25,348 bases of DNA, from the NCBI GenBank assembly GCA_016930515.1, contig JAFGGO010000003.1, forward strand, positions 1-25,348, given 5' to 3'. This DNA is from Promethearchaeota archaeon. GTDB taxonomy: Archaea > Asgardarchaeota > Lokiarchaeia > Sigyniarchaeales > SOKP01. Position 1 is the first letter of the stretch. Each line of letters begins with the position of its first letter. Position numbers and translations under genes: made by a program. This document shows, piece by piece, positions 8,815 through 18,428 of this stretch. The notes below the pieces were generated by a model that did no database searches, was not told the DNA's origin, and saw only the letters and a list, made by a program, of their open reading frames with translations.

Positions 8815-11094
8815 ATGAAAAATATAACTAAGGAATTACTAAATAAACAAGAAAAGATTACTTTTTTGGTGGGAGCTGGCTGTTCCATGGAGGCGCCGAG
8901 TAGGTTACCTTCAGCGCGAGAGTTTGTAAAAGCTTTAGTAAGCATGTGCGCCCCACCAGAAGAGAACGACGCGATCTTGAGCTTGCAAGCACTGAGATAC
9001 GAAGCAATCGTTGAGATTGTTGAAAAATTAATAGATAAACAGCTCATTTTTTTAGATTTTCTAGATTTAAAAACTGATCCAAATATCATCCATTTCTTTT
9101 TAGCACATAACATTCTAATTGGAAACAATGTAATAACGACAAATTTCGATTATTTAATAGAAAATGCCTTGATGAAAATACTACCCGATACAGAAAAAAA
9201 CCAGATCGACCCAATTATCACGAGGGAACAATTTTTGGCCCTTCAAAACCAGAATTTAATAGAAAATACCAAAAAAAAAAACCTTTATAAGATTCACGGC
9301 TCAAAAAAAAACATTATTACAGGACAAGATACTTCAAAATCACTCATCACGACTCTTGCAGCTTTAGGAAAAGATAGAGAGGATGGAAAAACATTCACGA
9401 TTGAATCCTATAAAAAACCTGCGATGCTTCATGCATTAGAAGGCAGAACATTAGTCGTATTGGGATATTCTGGAGGTGATGATTTTGATATTGCACCTTT
9501 TATTAAAGAATTAAAGACATACAGGAAAATTATTTGGATTGAGCACGAACCTAATAAAACGGATTTAAATGCTCTGGAAATTGTGAATAAGTACTCTCTA
9601 ACAACAAAACTATCTACTCAATTAACCAGACAAGAAAAATTTCTTTTAGATATTAGCACGGAAAGTAATATCGATGTTTTTCTCGTAAAAGCAAATACAG
9701 CGTTGTATGTCTCGGAAGTACTCTGGCCGCTCTTGATAGATTCTAATTTGCTTCCAGATATTGCACAAGATAAAGTAAATCCCGCGGAATTTCAAGAATG
9801 GATAAAATCTCTAAAGCCTTACCAAGATATTAGCGCTTACAAGAAATATCTTTTTGCGACGAGCACCTACGATGGTTTAGGCGAATGGAAAAGCGCTCTT
9901 AGAGTTTCAAAAAAAGGATTGGAACTTGCGAGAGCTGAACATAATGTAAAAGAAGAGGCGGAATTTTTAGAAAGGGTTGCGGCTCAATTGGTTCACGATT
10001 CGAAGTTAGAAGAAGCTCTAAATCTACTTATAGACGCCAAGAAAATCTTTGATAAATTGAGCGATTACGAAGGTATTGTAGCCTGCTTGAGCTTAATTGG
10101 CAATATTTTATTTTCCATGGTAAAGTACCAGGAAGCATTTTCTTTTTATAAGCAAGCGTACGATCTCATGGAAAAAATCACCGATCTCGAGGATAGAACA
10201 GCCATATTAATCAATTTAGGCAGCATACAGGACATTTTAGGAGATCAAAATTCGGCTATAAAATCTTTTCAAGAAGCCTTGAAACTTGTGGATCAAACGG
10301 GAAAGTTAGACGATAAGGCAATGATTCTTAAATATATAGGTTTTGTGTACATGGTGCGCTCAGAATACGAAAACGCATTGAACCAATTCAACGAATCGTT
10401 TCAAATATTTGAATTGTTAGGCGACAATCGGGAACAAGCAAGTCTTTATAACGTGTTAGGAACGACCTATTTGAAATTAGAAGATTTCGAGAAAGCGCTC
10501 GATCATTTCTTAAAGGGACAGCAATTGGCAACAGATATCGGCTACTTGAACATGCAGGCAATAATAGCTCTTGAATTGGCAAAGTATTACGATTCCGCTG
10601 AGAGCGAGGAAATGGCTCAACAATACTTCCAAACTGCAATGGAACTATGCGAAAAAGTGGAAGACATAGATATAAAAATACGAACACTACAAGCAGTTGC
10701 GATTTCGTGCTACAACAAGAAAGCCTACGATGAGGCGCTGGAATTCTTTGACATTGCTTTGAACATTGCCAATAACACGGAAGATACTCAATATATTACC
10801 CAATTACTCGAATGGATCGCTGCTGTGCATGTGAAAGCACACGATTACGGAAAAGCACGAAATACTTACAGAGAAATCGTTAATGTTTATGAAGAAAGTG
10901 GAGATATAAAGCAAAAAGCAGATTATTTGAGAAAATTAGGCACAGATTGGTTTAATATTACCAAGAATGTTAAACAGGCCGTCTCATTCCTTCAAGAATC
11001 TCAAAAAGTGTATAAGGAATTAGGAGACAAACACATGCAGAAAAAAATTCAGGAGGACATTGATCGTGTTAAAAGCCGTTCGAAATTAATGTAA
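8815..11094 (+). CDS. SIR2-like (SIR2_2) NAD-binding domain fused to a C-terminal TPR solenoid
   Basis: ITFLVGAGCS..P..LP, VITTNFDYLIE, LYKIHGS, LVVLGYSGGDDFDI. About ten ~40-aa TPR-like repeats follow (e.g. LSLIGNILFSMVKYQEAFSFYKQA, YNVLGTTYLKLEDFEKALDHFLKG). Confidence 0.9.
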   Translation: MKNITKELLNKQEKITFLVGAGCSMEAPSRLPSAREFVKALVSMCAPPEENDAILSLQALRYEAIVEIVEKLIDKQLIFLDFLDLKTDPNIIHFFLAHNILIGNNVITTNFDYLIENALMKILPDTEKNQIDPIITREQFLALQNQNLIENTKKKNLYKIHGSKKNIITGQDTSKSLITTLAALGKDREDGKTFTIESYKKPAMLHALEGRTLVVLGYSGGDDFDIAPFIKELKTYRKIIWIEHEPNKTDLNALEIVNKYSLTTKLSTQLTRQEKFLLDISTESNIDVFLVKANTALYVSEVLWPLLIDSNLLPDIAQDKVNPAEFQEWIKSLKPYQDISAYKKYLFATSTYDGLGEWKSALRVSKKGLELARAEHNVKEEAEFLERVAAQLVHDSKLEEALNLLIDAKKIFDKLSDYEGIVACLSLIGNILFSMVKYQEAFSFYKQAYDLMEKITDLEDRTAILINLGSIQDILGDQNSAIKSFQEALKLVDQTGKLDDKAMILKYIGFVYMVRSEYENALNQFNESFQIFELLGDNREQASLYNVLGTTYLKLEDFEKALDHFLKGQQLATDIGYLNMQAIIALELAKYYDSAESEEMAQQYFQTAMELCEKVEDIDIKIRTLQAVAISCYNKKAYDEALEFFDIALNIANNTEDTQYITQLLEWIAAVHVKAHDYGKARNTYREIVNVYEESGDIKQKADYLRKLGTDWFNITKNVKQAVSFLQESQKVYKELGDKHMQKKIQEDIDRVKSRSKLM

Positions 11095-11355
11095 TTGAGA
11101 AAAATTATAGGAATATGTCCAAGTTTTTATTAACTAGATCTTACTGTTATTATATTTCATATCAATAAGCAGAAAGATTCTCATAGGCGTAATCGTATTG
11201 GCAAGTTATGCTGCGCAAGACGCCGAACTATATCAAGTAAAAAAAAATCGCAGAAAATTTAACTAACAGAGACAAAATTGATAAAAAACTATTTTAGCAC
11301 GAAGATATTCCGTAGGAAAAGATAAAAAAACATTATTGTATATAATGTATTTGTA

Positions 11356-11835
11356 ATGAATGCAAAAAAAAACGAAGATCTCTTAGATGAGGAAGAAGAA
11401 CTAATTAAAACTTTAAGTCATAAAGTCAGACGTGAGATAATCAAATTAATTGGAATGAAAGGAAAATTATTGTTTTCTGAAATTCAGCAAAGATTAGGCT
11501 CTATAGACAGTTCACCTCTTTCATACCATTTGAAAAGTTTAAACCCGCTAATCCAACAAAAAGACGGAAAATATCAATTAACAGAAAAAGGTTTTGCAGC
11601 ATTAAATTTACTAAGTAAAATAGATCAAACCGTAAGGCTTTCAAAATATAAAAAAAGATTTACCTACGCTCACATAGCTACAATAATTTGTTGGATTGTT
11701 GCCTCTTCCATAATTCCAATCGTATTGAATTTAAGTACAAGCTTTATAATAGAGTTAGTTTTTGTCCAACTAATAATCGCTTCAATTTCAACTGTAAACG
11801 GTTTCATTATTGGGATTTTAAGGAATAGGTATTAA
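11356..11835 (+). CDS. ArsR-like winged-helix regulator with two C-terminal TM helices
   Basis: LSHKVRREIIKLI...LSYHLKSL..LI....GKYQLTEKG, followed by two hydrophobic segments. T-rich tract after the stop. Confidence 0.85.
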   Translation: MNAKKNEDLLDEEEELIKTLSHKVRREIIKLIGMKGKLLFSEIQQRLGSIDSSPLSYHLKSLNPLIQQKDGKYQLTEKGFAALNLLSKIDQTVRLSKYKKRFTYAHIATIICWIVASSIIPIVLNLSTSFIIELVFVQLIIASISTVNGFIIGILRNRY

Positions 11836-11845
11836 TTCATTGCTC

Positions 11846-11866
11846 TTTTTTTTTCTTTTTCTTTTT
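11846..11866 (+). terminator. Oligo-T archaeal-type terminator
   Basis: Three consecutive T runs just after the ArsR stop codon. Confidence 0.45.
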
Positions 11867-11986
11867 GATTAATTGATGTGGTTTTGATGGAAAAAGCAGG
11901 TTAATTTTTTTTAACTTAAAGTTTCTTCACGAACCTATTTATATACTTATCTGAATATTATTATCTCAAGAAGATTTGGAAAATAT

Positions 11987-12271
11987 TTGGTAAAATATAT
12001 GAACAGACAAATTATCAACATTGGTGTGGGAGTTTTTAGCTCATGCGCGGGAAATAATTTCCAAATGAATGGGTATAATTGTGAATTTACCGAGTCTCAT
12101 GGCGTTTCTGAAGAATTATGCATTTATTGGAAAAGAATGGCATTAAAATTTGCCGACTGTATTCAATCCCTCGGGGGAATTAACCCAGATAATAAAATGC
12201 ATGGTTATTGGAACGTGCTAATTGATATGAAATACTTAAATATCCATTTCTTTGATAAAAACAAAATATAG
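11987..12271 (+). pseudogene. Diverged, truncated copy of the N-terminal ~85 codons of the adjacent FAD oxidoreductase
   Basis: Ungapped alignment gives ~39/80 identical aa (QMNGY, ESH, GINPD, YWN). GxGxxG is degraded to GVGVFS. Confidence 0.8.
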
Positions 12272-12281
12272 TGTTTAGAAA

Positions 12282-13796
12282 ATGAGTGAGAAAAAAAAAG
12301 TAATAATAATCGGGGCAGGAGTAGCTGGTCTATGTGCGGGAAGTTATCTCCAAATGAATGGGTACGCTACTGAAATTTACGAATCTCATAACTTGCCAGG
12401 GGGCTTATGTACCTCTTGGAAGAAAGGGGACTACACGTTTGATGGATGCATCCATTCATTATCTGGAATTAATCCGGATTATAACATGTATCATTACTGG
12501 AACGAATTAGTCAACATGGAAGAAATGAAATTCCATTTTTGGAATATCTTAGGTCAAATCGAAACTAAGGACGGTCGAATGTTTAGTTTCTCGGCGGATC
12601 CAGATAAATTAGAGAAGGAAATAATCAGGATTGCTCCTGAAGATGAGAAATTTATTCGGAGTTTTATCAAGGGAATTACAAAACTTTCAACGCCAAAATT
12701 TGGAAACATGAACAAAAAACCAATAGAGTTGTTTAATCCTCTTGATTTCTATCTCCAGCAGTTTAAAATCGCGCCCTATATCAAGTACCTTCTTAAATGG
12801 GGGAAAAGTATAGAAGAAATGGTAGAAGATTGCACGAATCCAATTCTAAAACATGTTTTAATGCAAGAATTCTTTCGTTATTTTCCAGCTTATTTCTTTC
12901 TCATTTCTATTGGTCAGATGCACGATAAGAACGTGGCCTACCCTATTGGGGGTTCATTGAAATTTGCTCAATTACTCGAAGAGAAATATCGTATCTTAGG
13001 CGGTAGTATTCATTACAATTCCAAGGTTGTTAAAATAAACGTGCTGGATCGTCGAGCCACGGGCATCACATTAGAAAATGGTGATAAACCTCATGCAGAT
13101 ATTGTAATATCGGCCGCTGATTTCTATAGTACCATGTTTACAATGCTTGAAGGCAACCACGTTAACAAAAAAATAAATGATTGGCGCGATAACCATCCCG
13201 TACATCCTTCAATGGTACTTGTATCGTTAGGAATTTCACGTGGTTTCGAGAAGGAAGATTCTATTTTTGACCTATTTCTTAAAAATCCTTTAAAAGTAGA
13301 CAATCAGACAGAAGTAGATAGACTCTCCCTTACGATATATAATTTTGACCCTACTTTAGCTCCACCTGGAAAAACTTGCTTGAGAGTCATCATTCACACG
13401 AAAAATCATCAATATTGGACAGAATTACGTCAAAAGAACAAGGAAAAATATTCACGAGAAAAGTCCCGCATAGCAGGGTCAATTATCGACATTCTCGAAG
13501 AAAAGATTGGAAATGTAAAGCAACATGTAGAAGTAATCGATGTGGCTACCCCCGCAACGGTCATGAGATATACTGATAACTGGCAAGGAAGCATTCAAGG
13601 GTGGGTGTGGATCCCGGGCCTCGTTCCAAAAACGATAAAAAAAAAAGTATCAAGATTAAAGAATCTTTATCAAATTGGACAATGGGTGCTCCCAGGAGGA
13701 GGTATCTCTGCTGCAATGCTATCGGGACGAGACGTTACACGGATTATCTGTAAAAAAGATAAGATCAAATTTCGGACTAAAGAATTCAAATCTTAG
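12282..13796 (+). CDS. Phytoene desaturase/CrtI-like NAD(P)/FAD-dependent oxidoreductase; substrate unknown
   Basis: IIIGAGVAGL, PGGLCTSWKKGDYTFDG, DVATPAT..RYTDN..GS, NLYQIGQWVLPGGGISAAMLSG. Confidence 0.9.
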   Translation: MSEKKKVIIIGAGVAGLCAGSYLQMNGYATEIYESHNLPGGLCTSWKKGDYTFDGCIHSLSGINPDYNMYHYWNELVNMEEMKFHFWNILGQIETKDGRMFSFSADPDKLEKEIIRIAPEDEKFIRSFIKGITKLSTPKFGNMNKKPIELFNPLDFYLQQFKIAPYIKYLLKWGKSIEEMVEDCTNPILKHVLMQEFFRYFPAYFFLISIGQMHDKNVAYPIGGSLKFAQLLEEKYRILGGSIHYNSKVVKINVLDRRATGITLENGDKPHADIVISAADFYSTMFTMLEGNHVNKKINDWRDNHPVHPSMVLVSLGISRGFEKEDSIFDLFLKNPLKVDNQTEVDRLSLTIYNFDPTLAPPGKTCLRVIIHTKNHQYWTELRQKNKEKYSREKSRIAGSIIDILEEKIGNVKQHVEVIDVATPATVMRYTDNWQGSIQGWVWIPGLVPKTIKKKVSRLKNLYQIGQWVLPGGGISAAMLSGRDVTRIICKKDKIKFRTKEFKS

Positions 13797-13855
13797 TCAA
13801 AAATTAATTTATCAGATCGGTCTAAGATAAATATAAAATAATTAAAGAAATTAAT

Positions 13856-13880
13856 TATCCAAGATTGTAAGGAATTTATT
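13856..13880 (+). repeat. Short dispersed repeat, copy of 21076-21100
   Basis: tatccaagattgtaaggaatttatt vs tatctaagattgcaaggaatttatt, 23/25 identical. Confidence 0.55.
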
Positions 13881-13920
13881 TCTCGAGTGAAGAGATCTGA
13901 CCTTTTGTCGGATAGTAAAT

Positions 13921-16900
13921 TCAGAGTCTATCTTTTTTTTTATGAGAATTATTAATATTTTTATGTCCTGATGGATTAGAACTGATCTTTTGATTAACTT
14001 TCTTCTTTTTTATTAGAGCGATTGTAAAGATTGCGATCGTAGCTGCGCTTGCGCCAGTAATGGTAAAGATAATAGGTAATGGAGAGAAAGGTTCTCCATT
14101 GCCCGAAGGACTCTTATTCACGAAAATAGTTACCTTCATTGAACTTATATCGCCATCCCTATCGGAGATTATTAAGGTTATGTTATACTCTCCTTCTGTT
14201 GAAAACTGATGGACCGGATTTTGATCAGTACTAACAGGACTATCATCGCCAAAATCCCATTGAAAGGAATTAGGATCGTTTCCCAAATTCCCAATAAAAG
14301 CAAATTGAACATATTCACCGATATAAACTCTCGTGGTATTTGCAATAAACAGTGCTACAGGCACGATGTCCTCAAGGACTATGATATCGAGCTGATAAGA
14401 AGAACATTCATTAGTTCTATCTATTACAGTTAGGTTCACGGTATAAATGTCATTAATCGTATATTGGTGAATGGGATTTAATTCAGTATTAACAGGACTT
14501 CCATCGCCAAAATCCCATTCCAATCTTGCTGGTAAGTTTCCTAATTCTCCAAGAAAGTCGAATTGAACAACATCACCTTCAATAATGGTTGTTGCATTCA
14601 CGATAAAGCTTGCTTTGGGTTTTAGATCTATAAATTTCACTTCAATTTCCATCGTCGAGGAATTAACATCCCCGTCTCGATCTCTAACAGTCAAGTTTAC
14701 GGTGAAGGTCCTGCTAATCGTATATTGGTGGACGGGATCTTGCTCTATGCTGCTAACTCCGTCTCCGAAATCCCACTCGAATATTGCTGGCTGATTTCCT
14801 AACGCTCCAGTGAAGTTGAATTGTACGGATTCTCCCTCGTTAATGCTCGTTGTGTTCGCAGTAAAATTTGCCTTAGGTTTTAGATCCTTGTATTTTATTT
14901 CAATTTCCTTTGTTGTGAAGTTTTGGTCTCCATCCCAATCGGTGACGGTTAATTTCACGACATAAGTCCCGTTCTTCTTATATTTGTAAACAGGATCTTT
15001 TTCTTCGCTCGTGGTTTCATCACCGAATTCCCATTCGAATCCTGTCGGTTGGTTTCCCAATTCTCCAGTAAAATTGAACAATATAAAATCACCCTCGTAA
15101 ACGCTCGTGGCGTTTATGGTGAAGTTTGCCTTGGGCGATAGATCTCTGTATTTTATCTCAATTTCCATTGCCGTAGAATTACTATCATAGTCCCAATCGG
15201 TGACGGTTAATTTTACGATATAAGTCCCGTTCTTCTCATATTTGTGAACTGGATCTTTTTCTTCGCTCGTGGTTTCATCACCGAATTCCCATTCGAATCC
15301 TGTCGGTTGGTTTCCCAATTCTCCCGTGAAATTAAATTGAATGCATTCACCCTCGAAAACGGTCGTGGAGTTTACCGTAAAATTTGCTATGGGGTTATTA
15401 TCTCTCCAAATTATGGGATATCTATCTTGAATTAGCGGATCTTCAGATACATTATAGGGTGTCTCTCCTATACCATCCCCATTCTCGTCTATCCCATTGT
15501 AATCGTCCCAATAATTACCCATATATCCGTTGTCCCATTGATTTCCCGAACCGTTGTCTAAAGCGTTTTTAAGACCATTTTCGATAAAAAAGTTCTGATA
15601 CATCAAGTTATCGGCGCAATTATCGTCTATTAATATTCCATAATCGCTATTATTGCTTGCAACATTTCCAAGAACGGTATTGTCAATCGCTCCGATACCC
15701 AAGCCAAGAGGCATGTAAAGATATAAACCAGAATTATTGTTTTCATTTATATGATTTCTTAATATAGTGTTATTATAACAATTACGACCTATAGAAATCC
15801 CATATTTACCGTTGTTGCTTGCAATATTTCCTGAAATCGAATTATTATAGCAGTCTAAATTTAAGAATATACCGTCTTTCTCGTTATTACTTGCAATGTT
15901 TCCCGTAATGTTATTTTTGAAACAACCATCAAACAAAGATATTCCATAATCTTGATTATGAGTTGCGATATTTTGCGAAATTGTGTTGTTACTGCAGTCT
16001 GGGCCAATTTCCATTCCACAAAGATGATTATCGCTAAGTGAATTCCCCAAGATAGTGTTATCTAAACAAAAATAACCCAAATTTATCCCCGTCAAATTAT
16101 TATTATCTATGGTATTTTCTAACAGAGTGTTTCTTGAACATAGAAAATTGAATTTTATTCCTTCTTCGCCATTACTACTAATATTGTTTCCCGAAATGAG
16201 ATTATTCTTACTACTAGCTCCTAAGAACCAATCACCAGTCATATATATTCCAGAAAGATGATTATCGCAAATATTATTCCCTGAAATATTGTGATTAATG
16301 CAATAAGATAAGCTAATCCCATACTTGAGGTTTCCCTTCATTTTATTTTCAGATATAGTATTTGTTTTGCTAAAATCTCCTGAAAAAGAATCACCAGAGA
16401 TTCCTATTCCAGAATCTTTATTGTAATTAATAGTGTTTCCGGATACTATATTATTATCGCAATAAAGTAGAATAATACCAGCACCGTTATTTCTCGAGCA
16501 ATTATTACTCACGATCTGCCCGTTCATCACACTCTCGAGTTTGATTGCAGCTTGAGAGAATGTATAAGAGAATCCGCTCGAATTGAAAAGCGTACAATTC
16601 TCAATAACAAAATTTGCGTTTGAATTCGAAATCTGAATGCAAGAGGTTAAGTTATTCCCATTAATCGTCACATTTTCGATGCGATACGGCTTTTCGGGCG
16701 TACCCTCACCGCTACACCACGGTTTATTCGCAGCCGTCCAAGCCCAATTGTTGGATTCAAAGTCATCAATAACTATTGGTTCTGTTAACTCCCAATAACC
16801 CGAGACTGAAAGGTTTCCATTTTTTTGCTCATTTCCCATTTCCTCAAGTTTCACGAATTCTTTCGAGAAGGGGAAGGCTATAAAAGCCAAGAAAAGCAAG

Positions 16901-16983
16901 AGAAGGGCACCGAACCCTCTAGTTTTACTTTTAATTCTGAATAATTGGTTTTGACTACTTATTTTTTTATTCCTTTCTTCCAT
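13921..16983 (-). CDS. Cell-surface glycoprotein: N-terminal signal/TM, NosD-type parallel beta-helix, five PKD domains, C-terminal TM plus KKKK
   Basis: Repeated N.I.GN...NN..GI beta-helix turns, GNYWDDY motif, five W(E/D)FGD....PVH.Y...Y.V.LTV.D PKD units, many NxS/T sequons. Confidence 0.92.
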   Translation of the reverse strand: MEERNKKISSQNQLFRIKSKTRGFGALLLLFLAFIAFPFSKEFVKLEEMGNEQKNGNLSVSGYWELTEPIVIDDFESNNWAWTAANKPWCSGEGTPEKPYRIENVTINGNNLTSCIQISNSNANFVIENCTLFNSSGFSYTFSQAAIKLESVMNGQIVSNNCSRNNGAGIILLYCDNNIVSGNTINYNKDSGIGISGDSFSGDFSKTNTISENKMKGNLKYGISLSYCINHNISGNNICDNHLSGIYMTGDWFLGASSKNNLISGNNISSNGEEGIKFNFLCSRNTLLENTIDNNNLTGINLGYFCLDNTILGNSLSDNHLCGMEIGPDCSNNTISQNIATHNQDYGISLFDGCFKNNITGNIASNNEKDGIFLNLDCYNNSISGNIASNNGKYGISIGRNCYNNTILRNHINENNNSGLYLYMPLGLGIGAIDNTVLGNVASNNSDYGILIDDNCADNLMYQNFFIENGLKNALDNGSGNQWDNGYMGNYWDDYNGIDENGDGIGETPYNVSEDPLIQDRYPIIWRDNNPIANFTVNSTTVFEGECIQFNFTGELGNQPTGFEWEFGDETTSEEKDPVHKYEKNGTYIVKLTVTDWDYDSNSTAMEIEIKYRDLSPKANFTINATSVYEGDFILFNFTGELGNQPTGFEWEFGDETTSEEKDPVYKYKKNGTYVVKLTVTDWDGDQNFTTKEIEIKYKDLKPKANFTANTTSINEGESVQFNFTGALGNQPAIFEWDFGDGVSSIEQDPVHQYTISRTFTVNLTVRDRDGDVNSSTMEIEVKFIDLKPKASFIVNATTIIEGDVVQFDFLGELGNLPARLEWDFGDGSPVNTELNPIHQYTINDIYTVNLTVIDRTNECSSYQLDIIVLEDIVPVALFIANTTRVYIGEYVQFAFIGNLGNDPNSFQWDFGDDSPVSTDQNPVHQFSTEGEYNITLIISDRDGDISSMKVTIFVNKSPSGNGEPFSPLPIIFTITGASAATIAIFTIALIKKKKVNQKISSNPSGHKNINNSHKKKDRL
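14933..15324. repeat. Near-identical DNA repeat between PKD1 and PKD2 (period 258 bp)
   Basis: 14933-15066 vs 15191-15324: 5 mismatches in 134 nt, including a perfect 74-nt run. Confidence 0.9.
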
Positions 16984-17130
16984 TTCTTATCGTCATTTCA
17001 ATAAATTCCATCTATTGATTAGGGTGAATTTCAATCACTATATAAAAGAATAGGGGGACTTTTTGCAGTACATCAAATTATAACACTATTATGGACACTC
17101 TTAATCTATAAATTACTACTTTTTGCTCCC

Positions 17131-17442
17131 GTGTTCTTGTTTGAAGAATTCTCTAAGTACGAGGAACTCGTTTTAAAAAAGACCCATCGCTTTAAAGAAG
17201 AATTTAATGCTTTTTTTGACATATTAAAAGAGCAAATAACCGTCGTTCCGAAGGATAAAATAATGCCATTTATCAAAAAAACTCGGGAATTTTCCCCCGA
17301 TCCTAAGGATACGATATATTTAGCTCTTGCAATGATGCTTGAAAGTGGCGTGTGGTCAAACGATAAAAAATTCAAACAGAATCAATCGAAAATAATGGCA
17401 TATTCCACGGAAGATTTGTTAGAGTTACAAAAAAATCTATAA
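17131..17442 (+). pseudogene. 5'-truncated PIN-domain (VapC-like) protein
   Basis: C-terminal PIN motifs SPDPKDTIYLALA and VWSNDKKF are present. The N-terminal (V/I)DxN acidic motif is absent from the open frame upstream. Confidence 0.75.
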
Positions 17443-17457
17443 TTCTTATGGGGATCA

Positions 17458-17679
17458 TCGGAAATTCGAAAAAAATACGGATGGAAAGACGGAGATAAAG
17501 TAATCGTAATAGATCACCCTCTTGAGGGAATTAAGATTTTACCCTGCCTGCCAGACCAGAAGTTAGAATCGGTCATTGACCTCAAAACGGGTATTGCCAT
17601 TGTCAAAGCCATCTCTAAAGAGCGAGAGCAAGAAATTGAACGGGAAAAAAATAAATTATACATGGAGTCTCACTCTTGA
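17458..17679 (+). pseudogene. 5'-truncated AbrB/MazE-type antitoxin
   Basis: Own translation SEIRKKYGWKDGDKVIVIDHPLEGIKILP...KEREQEIERE, similar to 19038-19331. It lacks GxITIP and a start codon, and its stop overlaps the next gene (TTGA). Confidence 0.75.
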
Positions 17680-18075
17680 AAAACTGCGCATTTATAGACA
17701 CCGGCGTGATTAACTTTTATCAGAGTGGACACGAAGAAACGATTGACGAGCTTAGGGGTAAAAAGAGGGAGAACCTCGGTTTCCTATCTTCTGAGGTTAA
17801 CTAAATCGATCTCCTTAACCATCTGTGCATTTTAAAAGGCAAGATTAACGCTCAAATCATCATAGAAAATTTGCGCCAAGGTAATATTATTGAATTTGTT
17901 CCCGTAAACAATGATATTTCAATCTTAGCTGGAGAACTCAAATGCACTTATCACTTCTTGTCGATTGATTGTAGATTCAATCGTAATCGCCGAAGCGTTA
18001 AGACGGAAAGTCCTTGTTTATACAACAGAGACTCGTTTTGATAGTACTGAAGGGTTGAAGATAAAATATTTTTTT
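17676..18075 (+). pseudogene. VapC/PIN toxin pseudogene (internal stop plus frameshift; end approximate)
   Basis: MKNCAFIDTGVI..., in-frame TAA at 17802-17804, ...AGELKCTYHFLSI, then a 4-bp duplication ATTGATTG (17964-17971) shifting to VDSIVIAEALRRKVLVYTTE. Confidence 0.8.
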
Positions 18076-18188
18076 ATTCTTTCTCTCTCTAAATTGAAAA
18101 ATATCAAAATTTATTGCTTTTTCTTTGATGAATACGTTATGATATAACATAGTATAAGTTTATAAGTAAGTTTATCCACTTATTATTC

Positions 18189-18428
18189 ATGGGATCAAAA
18201 ACAATTACAATTTCAGAAAAAGCGTACAGAACACTAAAAAGAGAAAAATTAGAACATGAAAGTTTTTCAGATGTTATAATCAGATTAACAAAGAGATTTG
18301 GAAAAATCATGGAGAGTTTTGGAAAATGGGAGATGTCCGATGAAGAGGAGAAAAAGATGAAAAAAGATCTCAACGAAGCATGGGATTCTTGGTCAAAAGA
18401 TTTCGATCAGATGGAGAAAAACAGATGA
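18189..18428 (+). CDS. vapB: VapB antitoxin (archaeal DUF217-type)
   Basis: SKTITISEKAYRTLKREK..ESFSDVIIRL signature; ATGA overlap with vapC. Confidence 0.88.
   Translation: MGSKTITISEKAYRTLKREKLEHESFSDVIIRLTKRFGKIMESFGKWEMSDEEEKKMKKDLNEAWDSWSKDFDQMEKNR

Noticed and set aside
310-12550. Diversity-generating retroelement TR/VR interpretation of the repeat pairs 310/1482 and 11987/12282
   Set aside because: Mismatches are not confined to adenines on either strand, and there is no reverse transcriptase in the window.
12282-13796. Assignment as true crtI of carotenoid synthesis
   Set aside because: No crtB/crtE neighbours, and the family includes many enzymes with other substrates.
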